A stretch of DNA of 12,945 nt. Origin: Halalkalibacterium halodurans. Lineage in GTDB: Bacteria > Bacillota > Bacilli > Bacillales > Bacillaceae_D. Where the stretch lies: the NCBI RefSeq assembly GCF_004376175.1, contig NZ_SNUY01000085.1, positions 1-12,945 of the forward strand, in the 5' to 3' direction. The notes beneath the pieces were generated by a model. The model saw nothing but the letters and a program-made list of their open reading frames with translations. It did not search any database and was not told the origin of the DNA. Every line of letters begins with the position of its first letter. Position 1 is the stretch's first letter. The translations under genes were made by a program, and so were the position numbers. Shown one piece after another: positions 1 to 6,686 of the stretch.

Positions 1-295
1 AAGATTTTTTCTGGAAAGTACTTCAGCGGATTCAACAGCTAAAGCTAGGATAAAATCGAAAAATCCTGTTTTTTAAAACACGATTTAAGACCAAGGGAGA
101 AGTATGCCCAAAAACAGGCATTTTTCCACTCCTCATTCTAGAAAGATGCTTTTCAGAAGAAAATAACCATGATTCTTTCAAAGGGATCGGGAATCTAATC
201 GTTTTTGGCCTAAAACCCTGATTTATGTTCGAGGTATGAATAATTCAGGTTACATATCATTTAACATTTTTTCAAAAATCATCATTCCTCTAAGG

Positions 296-324
296 TATGA
301 AAAAGCTTGCCAACGTCGGCAAGC
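296..324 (-). terminator. Rho-independent terminator downstream of the flippase gene
   Basis: Inverted repeat GCTTGCC (305-311) / GGCAAGC (318-324) with a 6-nt loop. Read on the minus strand, the stem is followed by TTTTTCATACC. It starts 14 nt after the stop codon at 338-340. Confidence 0.6.
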
Positions 325-337
325 CAATCGGTTCATT

Positions 338-1663
338 TTAAGCTCTGGATAATTTCCAGCTTTGGGGTTCTTGCATTTTGTAGCGAATCGTAAGTAAATG
401 CATGAGCGTCAACATGACGACACCTGTATTCATACCGATAATGATTCCGTCCATTTGTAGTTGTGGCATCGATCCGAGCACATACATGAGCACGTAAGAA
501 ACAACTGTGGCCCAAACCGAATGGTAAAACGCATCCTTCATCATCCCAAGACCGATTAAAAAGGCTTGCATCGGAATGACGAAAAAGTGAAAGAAGAAAT
601 ATGGAACGAGAAGTTGCAAGTAGACAGCCGCAGGTGAGGCTTCAAAAAACAAACTTGTCAGCTCGTTGGCGAAAAAATAAAACACGAGCACCGATGGGAC
701 TGCATACACAAACGTTCCGAGCATCACATTCGTTAAAAGCCGTTGCAGCCGATCCATGTCACCCTTCGAATAGGCTTCTGCCACCGTTGGGATTAAAACC
801 GTCAGCAGTGAGTGGGCAATAAAGCCTGGGAAAAACCCGATCGTAAACGCCACTCCCGCTAACTTCCCATATTGAATGATCGCGGTGCTTTCCATCAACC
901 CCGCATTCATGAGAGCGATTTTAATGAGAAAGGGCTTTATCGCAAAAGATGCCGCATGGAAAATTCGCAGCCCCGTTGTCGGGAGAGACACCGCTAATAA
1001 GGCTCGACGAACATCAGGCTGACTGATTGACTTGGTGGACGTTCCTTTCATTTTTTTCATACCGACGAAAAAATAAATAAGTAAAAACAGCAACACGACT
1101 AACTCTGTGGCAACCACGGTACATAGGGCAATAAAAATCGCCACTTCCGTATCAAATAAAAATAGTTGAAAGACAACAAGCAGTAACAAAAGCTGGACCG
1201 ATCGCCGTAAAAAGTTAGCGATTGCGATTTTCCCCATATGCTGGGCACCCATAAAATAACCACGGGCAACCGAGGAAAAGGAAACAATAGGTATGAGCAA
1301 CAGCAACAGCCAACGAACGGCTGGATGATAGGACTCAAAGACGGAGAGGAGCGGAAAGATAACAATCGCGGCCACAAGAAAGATGACCGTCATCATCGTC
1401 GCAAACTTCAATGTTTGCTGAAGCATGCTGCGATGATAGCCCTCCTCTTTTTCTGCGACAAACTTAGATACAGAAATGGGCAGCTCCATGCTTGCGATAA
1501 CGACGAGGAAAACGATTGTCGGCAACAGTGCCATGTAATGACCGAGTCCTTCCTCTCCAAGCTCCCTTGCCAAAACCATATTGATAAGAAATTCTAAGCA
1601 TTCGCTAATAAATGCGGCTGCAATAAGGAGCGCCGCACCCCTTACAAACATATTCATCCGCAT
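338..1663 (-). CDS. MOP-superfamily polysaccharide/lipid-II flippase-like membrane protein (SpoVB/YkvU type)
   Basis: 441-aa uninterrupted ORF, highly hydrophobic with many predicted TM helices. The N-terminus (RGAALLIAAAFIS...LARELGEEGLGHYMALLP...LPISVSKFVAEKEE) resembles the SpoVB/MurJ-like polysaccharide biosynthesis protein family as I remember it. The start is ambiguous among ATGs at 1663, 1657 and 1651. The AAGGGG SD is best spaced for 1657. Confidence 0.75.
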   Translation of the reverse strand: MRMNMFVRGAALLIAAAFISECLEFLINMVLARELGEEGLGHYMALLPTIVFLVVIASMELPISVSKFVAEKEEGYHRSMLQQTLKFATMMTVIFLVAAIVIFPLLSVFESYHPAVRWLLLLLIPIVSFSSVARGYFMGAQHMGKIAIANFLRRSVQLLLLLVVFQLFLFDTEVAIFIALCTVVATELVVLLFLLIYFFVGMKKMKGTSTKSISQPDVRRALLAVSLPTTGLRIFHAASFAIKPFLIKIALMNAGLMESTAIIQYGKLAGVAFTIGFFPGFIAHSLLTVLIPTVAEAYSKGDMDRLQRLLTNVMLGTFVYAVPSVLVFYFFANELTSLFFEASPAAVYLQLLVPYFFFHFFVIPMQAFLIGLGMMKDAFYHSVWATVVSYVLMYVLGSMPQLQMDGIIIGMNTGVVMLTLMHLLTIRYKMQEPQSWKLSRA

Positions 1664-1811
1664 ATCCCCTTTTACTGTCTGTCCTCACTATATGTATGAG
1701 ACAAGTCTAGGGAATATTTATATCTTTCGTTTTAATGAAGAAAGACCTCCATCACGTTCACCTATAAGTCCCATATACTATGACAACGAAAATATGGAAG
1801 GAGAAGGGGTC

Positions 1812-2519
1812 ATGTCTTACTTAGAATTACTTGCTACGCTCGGGATCGGGAGCGCCCACCCAGGTGGATTTGCGTTAACAAAACAATTACTAGCTCACGA
1901 GAAACTTACGAATGAAAGCCGATTACTCGACATCGGCTGCGGGACAGGAAAAACGTTGGAGTACATTCAACAGATGTATGACTGTGAGCTTAACGGTGTG
2001 GATATACATCCAGTCATGGTCGAAAAAGCGAAGCAGCGTTTTCAAGAAAAAGAGCTGAACATTCCGATTCAACAAGGGAACGTGGAGCAGCTTACATTCG
2101 AGGACAACACCTTTGACTTTATCCTTTCCGAATCAGTGCTGTTTTTCACTTCGATGAATCGAGCGCTGTCAGAATGCGCCCGGGTACTAAAGAAAACGGG
2201 CAGCTTGCTTGGGATTGAAATGATGGCGCTCAAGCCACTAGATGTGTTTACTAGCGAAGAACTAACGAAGGTGTATGGCGTCAACCATTTACCGACGGAG
2301 AAGGAGTGGATGACCACTCTGACGAACAATGGCTTTTCTCACATGGATGTCCTCAAGCGGGGTAACGTCCAAGAAGCACGGCCCGACGAAAGCGAAGCAC
2401 CTGACTGGATGCCCTCGGCGATCGATGACGAGCTCTTCTCCACCTTGCAACAGCATCAAGCCTTTTTGGACATCCACGGAAGCTCAATTGGGTATTTCGT
2501 GTTTAGAGCTAAGAAGTGA
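1812..2519 (+). CDS. Class I SAM-dependent methyltransferase
   Basis: Motif I LLDIGCGTGK, followed by an acidic residue at the end of beta-2 (NGVDIH) and a later FDFILSE motif. The start is set at ATG 1812 because GGAAGGAGAAGGGG lies directly upstream (AAGGAG with an 8-nt spacer). The tracked ORF start at 1581 overlaps the divergent flippase gene and has no SD. Confidence 0.8.
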   Translation: MSYLELLATLGIGSAHPGGFALTKQLLAHEKLTNESRLLDIGCGTGKTLEYIQQMYDCELNGVDIHPVMVEKAKQRFQEKELNIPIQQGNVEQLTFEDNTFDFILSESVLFFTSMNRALSECARVLKKTGSLLGIEMMALKPLDVFTSEELTKVYGVNHLPTEKEWMTTLTNNGFSHMDVLKRGNVQEARPDESEAPDWMPSAIDDELFSTLQQHQAFLDIHGSSIGYFVFRAKK

Positions 2520-2603
2520 AGCGTGAAGCCTTATACTGGAAGCCGTTATAGAGGTAAACCGTTTGTTGGAAAAATGACAATACCTTGCCTTAGGTTGCTT
2601 AAT

Positions 2604-4379
2604 CTAAGGCTGCTTCCTTATGAGGGATACTTGGTAAATAATCTCCCCTAATTTTTTAGTAAAGTGTGAACGTACCTTTCCATATTGGGATTCATACAGC
2701 CTTTGATAGAGACTTGATGTTCGTAGAAGCTCCTCGTGTTGACCGTGAGCCGCCACCTTGCCGTCCTCTAAAAGAAGGATGGCATCCGCCTCAATGGCCG
2801 TGCTCAATTTTTGTGTCACGATTAAAACGGTCGCCTGATAGGAAGCTAGCTCTCGTAACAATTCTGATTCTGTTTTCACATCGAGGGCACTCGTACAGTC
2901 ATCGAAAAGTAAAATCACGGGCTTACGTACGAGCGCCCTGGCGATCGACATGCGCTGCTTCTGTCCGCCTGATAGGTTGATCCCTTTTTGCCCAATCTTC
3001 GTATCCAATTGATTCGGCATTGCCATGATCGTCTCATGGATTTGAGCTGCCTTAGCCGCCTGCTTAATATCCTCTTGGGTAGCGTCCTCTTTTCCAAACG
3101 CAAGATTGTCACGAACGGATCCAGAGAAAAGTAACACTTCTTGAGGAACATAGCCAATTTCTTGGCGAAGTCGACTGATTCCGATATCTTGCACATCCTT
3201 GCCATCGATCCTAATCGCTCCAGCCGTAGGATCATATAATCGGAGGATCAATTGTAGCAACGTTGATTTTCCAGCGCCTGTAGCCCCTAACACCGCCAAC
3301 GTCTCCCCTCGCTTCACCGAGAAGGAAACATCGGAGAGGACAGCGACAGGTGAACCTGGGTAGTGAAACGAAAGACGGTCAAAAGTAATCTCACCATTGA
3401 TTCTCGTCTCTTCATTCTTTCCATTCTCCCGCCCTTCACTCTCTTCTGAAAGAATCTCCTTCACCCGCTTCGTTGAGGCCTCCGCGCGAGAAAAGATGAT
3501 CACAATCATTGAAAATAAGCTTAACGCTGAGGTGATTCGTGTCCCATAATTAATGATCGCTACCACTTCACCGACCTGTGCTGTACCCGTTTGCACATCG
3601 AAGCTTCCAAACCATAGCACCGCCATGATCGCCACATTCATAAGTAACAGCAAAAGTGGCATCGTCACTTCCATCCAACGCAAAGCCGTAACCGTTTGTT
3701 TTCTCAATTCGTCATTAGCGGTAACAAATCGCTTTCCTTCATGGGTCCGGCGGACAAACGCTCGAATCAGCCGCATTCCAATTAAGTTTTCACGCGTCAC
3801 TTGATTGACACGGTCTAATCGCTCTTGAACACGGCGAAAAAGGACGGCCCCTTTTCGCATCATGAACACCATAAAAAGAATAAGAGCCGGGATGAGAACT
3901 AGGAAGAAGGAGGCGAGCTTCGGATTCACGATAATAGCCATCACCGTCCCTCCAAAGACAAGGAGAGGGGCTCGCAGCATAATCCTTAAACTCATAAATA
4001 TCGTATTTTGGATTTGGGTCACGTCATTTGTCAATCGAGTAATCAGCGATGACGTCGGATAACGATGTAAGATCGAAAGAGAAAAAGAGTGTACTTTTTC
4101 ATATAACTCGCTCCTTAGATCGTGTCCGATGCTTTGACTAGCATGAGCGGCATAAAAAGAGTTGACGATGCCTGCTACAAATGCAAGTAAAGAAAGCCCA
4201 ATCATGATGCTCCCCCAACGGACGACCATGGAAAGATCAGCCTGCATAATCCCGTCATCAATGATCCGTGCCAAAAGCAAAGGCAACGTCAGTTCTACAG
4301 TGAGTTCCACAAACATTAGGATCAATGCAACAACAACAGGAAATCGATAACGTTTTAAAAAGAAATAGATTGTCGCCAT
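2604..4379 (-). CDS. ABC exporter half-transporter (N-terminal 6-TM domain fused to a C-terminal NBD) with a non-canonical Walker B and H-loop
   Basis: 591 aa. Walker A GATGAGKST, Q-loop VPQE and signature LSGGQKQR are present. Walker B reads VILLFDDCTSALD (Asp where the catalytic Glu is expected). The H-loop reads LIVTQKLST (Gln where His is expected). SD GAGGGGA lies upstream of ATG 4379. Confidence 0.9.
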   Translation of the reverse strand: MATIYFFLKRYRFPVVVALILMFVELTVELTLPLLLARIIDDGIMQADLSMVVRWGSIMIGLSLLAFVAGIVNSFYAAHASQSIGHDLRSELYEKVHSFSLSILHRYPTSSLITRLTNDVTQIQNTIFMSLRIMLRAPLLVFGGTVMAIIVNPKLASFFLVLIPALILFMVFMMRKGAVLFRRVQERLDRVNQVTRENLIGMRLIRAFVRRTHEGKRFVTANDELRKQTVTALRWMEVTMPLLLLLMNVAIMAVLWFGSFDVQTGTAQVGEVVAIINYGTRITSALSLFSMIVIIFSRAEASTKRVKEILSEESEGRENGKNEETRINGEITFDRLSFHYPGSPVAVLSDVSFSVKRGETLAVLGATGAGKSTLLQLILRLYDPTAGAIRIDGKDVQDIGISRLRQEIGYVPQEVLLFSGSVRDNLAFGKEDATQEDIKQAAKAAQIHETIMAMPNQLDTKIGQKGINLSGGQKQRMSIARALVRKPVILLFDDCTSALDVKTESELLRELASYQATVLIVTQKLSTAIEADAILLLEDGKVAAHGQHEELLRTSSLYQRLYESQYGKVRSHFTKKLGEIIYQVSLIRKQP

Positions 4380-4434
4380 AGCATCCCCTCAACTATCGAT
4401 AGAAGCCATTCTTTAGCTACACGAAAGATATGTA

Positions 4435-4947
4435 CTATTTTACCATACGTTGCGGGAGCAAGCCGCGAATCATGGCTTGGCAAACAGCGAAAGCAAGCTC
4501 ACCATCTTGAAGCGTCCCGTCTTTTAACTTTTGTAGACAGTCATCGACAGATAGCTGAACGAGTTCAATTTTTTCATGGCTTTCAAGAGACGGATCCCTT
4601 ACGAAGCGAACTTGATTTGTATAAAACACATGGGTGATTTCATTTGTCAGCCATGGAGCGAGAAAACACCCTCCAAGATATTGCACTTCGCCACATTCAT
4701 AGCCTGTTTCCTCTAACATTTCACGTCTAACAGCCTCTTCCAAGCTCTCTCCCGTTTTTACCCCACCTCCTGGCAGTTGAATAATCTCGCGACCCAGCGC
4801 AGGACGAAATTGTTTAATCAAGACAAAATGCTCGCCGTTCTGAGCAAGTATGACGACAGACTCATGGTCATACACGTGAATAAAATGGCGCCCATATTCA
4901 TCACGATGAAGGGAAAATTCCTCTTCTTTAAAGCGAAGCTCATGCAT
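4435..4947 (-). CDS. NUDIX hydrolase (ADP-ribose pyrophosphatase-like)
   Basis: 170 aa. The Nudix box GX5EX7REUXEEXGU is visible as GGVKTGESLEEAVRREMLEETGY. Only 55 nt separate it from the downstream ABC gene and I see no hairpin there, so co-transcription is likely. Confidence 0.85.
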   Translation of the reverse strand: MHELRFKEEEFSLHRDEYGRHFIHVYDHESVVILAQNGEHFVLIKQFRPALGREIIQLPGGGVKTGESLEEAVRREMLEETGYECGEVQYLGGCFLAPWLTNEITHVFYTNQVRFVRDPSLESHEKIELVQLSVDDCLQKLKDGTLQDGELAFAVCQAMIRGLLPQRMVK

Positions 4948-4988
4948 ACCTTCTCTGTCTCCTCTCTTGTCCTATATGTAATCTTAGT

Positions 4989-5017
4989 AAAAACCAGAAA
5001 GCATTGCCCTCTGGTTT
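4989..5017 (-). terminator. Rho-independent terminator after the L,D-transpeptidase gene
   Basis: Stem AAACCAGA (4991-4998) / TCTGGTTT (5010-5017) with an 11-nt loop. On the minus strand it is followed by TTAC, which with the stem T's gives a run of five T's. It begins immediately after the TAG stop at 5018-5020. Confidence 0.6.
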
Positions 5018-5521
5018 CTATGGCTGGATAAAAACCGGTGTACCAATTGGAACCATTCGTGCTAATTCTTCCACATCTTCATTGTACATCCGAATGCATC
5101 CTCTTGAAACCGCTCGACCGATTGAAGCCGGGTCATTTGTCCCGTGAATTCCGTAGTGCTGTTTCGATAACGACATCCACATCGTACCAAACGGCCCCCC
5201 TGGGTTCGGTGCTTTGTTAATGATAATAAATTCTCCCACAGGGGTTTCATGGAGAATTCGTCCAACGGCAATCGGATATACTTTCACCACTTCTCCAGCT
5301 GGCTGTGTTCGCAACGTTAACGTTCGTCTATTCGTTGATACGTCAATTCGATAAGGGAGTTGGGTCGGATCAGGGAACCCTGGAATTGTCAAACGTTGCC
5401 CAACAAAAATCCGATTCGGATCGATGAGCTGATTCGCCTGAATAATCGATTGGGCTGGCGTACGATAATCGAGAGCTATTTGTGCGATCGTCTCTCCCAG
5501 CTTGACAATATGTTGATACAC
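5018..5521 (-). CDS. ykuD: LysM-domain L,D-transpeptidase (YkuD family)
   Basis: 167 aa. N-terminal LysM domain ([29 protein letters not shown]...VGQRLTIPG). C-terminal YkuD catalytic domain with [24 protein letters not shown] (catalytic His and Cys motif). Length and architecture match B. subtilis YkuD (164 aa). GTG start at 5521 is preceded by GGGAGGAGGTG. Confidence 0.88.
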   Translation of the reverse strand: MYQHIVKLGETIAQIALDYRTPAQSIIQANQLIDPNRIFVGQRLTIPGFPDPTQLPYRIDVSTNRRTLTLRTQPAGEVVKVYPIAVGRILHETPVGEFIIINKAPNPGGPFGTMWMSLSKQHYGIHGTNDPASIGRAVSRGCIRMYNEDVEELARMVPIGTPVFIQP

Positions 5522-5746
5522 CTCTACACCTCCTCCCCATTTCTATCCTATTGTACGTTATGCGAATAGAGTGAAGTTGCGCCCATGTTCGTGTAATTTT
5601 TCTCTGAGATCCGTTCAGTTGATCATTTTATTTAAAGAAACTAAGGCGTTTTATTATTTTGTTTATAACCAGTTAAGCGAATGCCGTGCCCTTTATAGTC
5701 AAACTTCATACCGTAATAGAGAAACTTGACTAAGAGGTGATCATGC

Positions 5747-6313
5747 TTGGCTAAAATTTTTATAGACCCAGGACACGGTGGCTCCGATCCTGGTGCAGTC
5801 GCCAATGGGCTCCAGGAGAAAAATCTCACGTTGGCCATTGCAAGACACATTCGTGAGATATTGCTCAATGAGTATCAAAATGTAGAGGTTCGCATGAGCC
5901 GTGATCGTGACGTTAGTGTGAGCCTAAACGAGCGAGCCAATATGGCCAATCGTTGGGGCGCTGATTTTTTCTTGTCGATTCATAATAATGCAGGAGGCGG
6001 CACAGGATTCGAATCATTTATTCATTCTAGTCGCCCTATGCGCACACGTCAGTTGCAACAAACGATTCATCGCGCAATCGTTCAACAACTTAATGTTCGT
6101 GATCGCGGACAAAAGTCAGCAAATTTTGCCGTGTTAAGACTGTCTCGAATGCCTGCCCTACTCACCGAAAATCTTTTTGTTGATAACGCCAATGATGCTG
6201 CCCTGTTGCGCCGAGCTTCCGTTCTACAGCTAATTGCCCGCGGTCATGTCAACGGTCTAGCAAGTGCCTTTAACCTCAGACGAAATCAAGTTTATCCTCC
6301 ACCACCGAGCTAA
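5747..6313 (+). CDS. cwlC: N-acetylmuramoyl-L-alanine amidase (Amidase_3 domain), CwlC-like, ended by a premature in-frame TAA
   Basis: 188 aa. KIFIDPGHGGSDPGAV...GADFFLSIHNNAGGGTGFES...MPALLTENLFVDN is a typical Amidase_3 zinc amidase and is close to my memory of B. subtilis CwlC. TTG start at 5747 has AAGAGGTGA 6 nt upstream. The ORF stops in a Pro-rich linker (YPPPPS-TAA). Confidence 0.85.
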   Translation: MAKIFIDPGHGGSDPGAVANGLQEKNLTLAIARHIREILLNEYQNVEVRMSRDRDVSVSLNERANMANRWGADFFLSIHNNAGGGTGFESFIHSSRPMRTRQLQQTIHRAIVQQLNVRDRGQKSANFAVLRLSRMPALLTENLFVDNANDAALLRRASVLQLIARGHVNGLASAFNLRRNQVYPPPPS

Positions 6314-6538
6314 AACAATGGAGCCCTTTTTAAAGTTCAGTCAGGTGCTTTTGCGAATCGGTCGAATGCTTTAAGGTTAAGAGATCGATTGCAAAATGAT
6401 GGGATCACGCCATTTGTCTTTCAAGAAGGCGGCCTCTGGAAAGTACAAGTAGGTGCTTTTGCCAACCGAGCGAATGCTGAAGCATTTGCACGCCGGCTTC
6501 GTAACTTAGGCTATGATGCAGCGATCATTCGTGGTTGA
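6314..6538 (+). pseudogene. cwlC: SPOR (sporulation-related repeat) domain coding remnant, in frame with the amidase ORF but lying behind its TAA
   Basis: Hand translation in the amidase frame gives NNGALFKVQSGAFANRSNALRLRDRLQNDGITPFVFQEGGLWKVQVGAFANRANAEAFARRLRNLGYDAAIIRG, then TGA at 6536-6538. It has two KVQxGAFANRxNA half-repeats, as in the CwlC C-terminal SPOR domain. No in-frame start with an SD lies between 6314 and 6388. Confidence 0.8.
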
Positions 6539-6568
6539 ACGGATCAAACCAATTGGACATGAAAGATA

Positions 6569-6593
6569 AAGCCGGGACAACAGCTCCCGGCTT
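6569..6593. terminator. Hairpin terminator between cwlC and the displaced lipoprotein gene end
   Basis: 9-bp stem AAGCCGGGA (6569-6577) / TCCCGGCTT (6585-6593) with a 7-nt loop. On the minus strand it is followed by TATCTTTC and sits 17 nt after the reconstructed TGA at 6611-6613. On the plus strand it sits 30 nt after the SPOR-frame TGA but has only a weak T tract. Confidence 0.6.
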
Positions 6594-6610
6594 CCTCTTA
6601 CTTGTAGTGT

Positions 6611-6674
6611 TCATTCTTCATGATAGAAACGGATTTCTTCGATTTTTTCCATCTTTTCTTCCTCCCATTCAATT
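6611..6674 (-). other. Displaced 3' end of the lipoprotein gene (last 19 codons plus stop), separated from its body by the IS
   Basis: On the minus strand, AATT is followed by GAA TGG GAG GAA GAA AAG ATG GAA AAA ATC GAA GAA ATC CGT TTC TAT CAT GAA GAA TGA. This continues the frame of ORF 8112..8501 exactly once the IS and one AATT copy are removed. Confidence 0.7.
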
Positions 6675-6686
6675 GAGCATTTTGCA
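6671..6686. repeat. AATT flanking copy (6671-6674) plus a 12-bp terminal inverted repeat GAGCATTTTGCA (6675-6686)
   Basis: Perfect 16-nt inverted match with 8136-8151. Because AATT is its own reverse complement, it fits a 4-bp target-site duplication equally well. Confidence 0.75.

Noticed and set aside
32-166. Two mini-ORFs with SD-like sequences in the ORF-free left edge: 104..166(+), 20 aa, MPKNRHFSTPHSRKMLFRRK; and 32..121(-), 29 aa, MPVFGHTSPLVLNRVLKNRIFRFYPSFSC
   Set aside because: They start from opposite sides of the same short palindrome (ATGCC...GGCAT). They are very short and have no recognisable features. I cannot distinguish them from chance without conservation or ribosome-profiling data.
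333-1597. Tracked ORFs 333..515(-), 601..822(+), 1099..1377(-) and 1238..1597(+)
   Set aside because: All lie inside the 441-aa flippase gene, in other frames or on the opposite strand. Their translations are low-complexity or Arg/Cys-rich with no SD. They are shadow ORFs.
1581-1811. 5' extension of the methyltransferase ORF (tracked start at 1581)
   Set aside because: It overlaps the divergent flippase start, has no SD, and its translation (MIRNSKHSLINAAAIRS...) looks non-protein-like. The well-placed SD supports ATG 1812.
2587-2610. Hairpin GCCTTAG-N10-CTAAGGC between the convergent methyltransferase and ABC genes, considered as a terminator
   Set aside because: The stem is only 7 bp, there is no T-tract on either strand, and its right arm overlaps the ABC stop codon. 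This is too weak to call.
2069-4350. Tracked ORFs 2069..2329(-), 2289..2477(-), 2329..2526(+), 2666..2980(+), 2915..3235(-), 3553..3804(+), 3862..4062(+) and 4162..4350(+)
   Set aside because: They are embedded in the methyltransferase or ABC genes, which have clear family motifs. There are no ribosome-binding sites, and the composition is typical of antisense or off-frame reading.
4777-5271. Tracked ORFs 4777..5031(+), 5038..5220(+), 5062..5271(-) and 5360..5569(+)
   Set aside because: They lie antisense or off-frame within the NUDIX and YkuD genes, and I recognise no motifs in them.
5707-5715. CATACCGTA upstream of cwlC, considered as a SigK/SigE-type -10 (CATA---TA)
   Set aside because: The position, about 32 nt before the start, is sensible, and B. 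subtilis cwlC is SigK-dependent. But I find no matching -35 (AC for SigK, or ATA-type for SigE) at the right spacing, so one 9-mer is not enough to annotate a promoter.
5641-5868. Tracked ORF 5641..5868(-), 75 aa
   Set aside because: It runs antisense across the cwlC start and promoter region. It has no SD and an implausible Cys/Pro/Ser-rich sequence.
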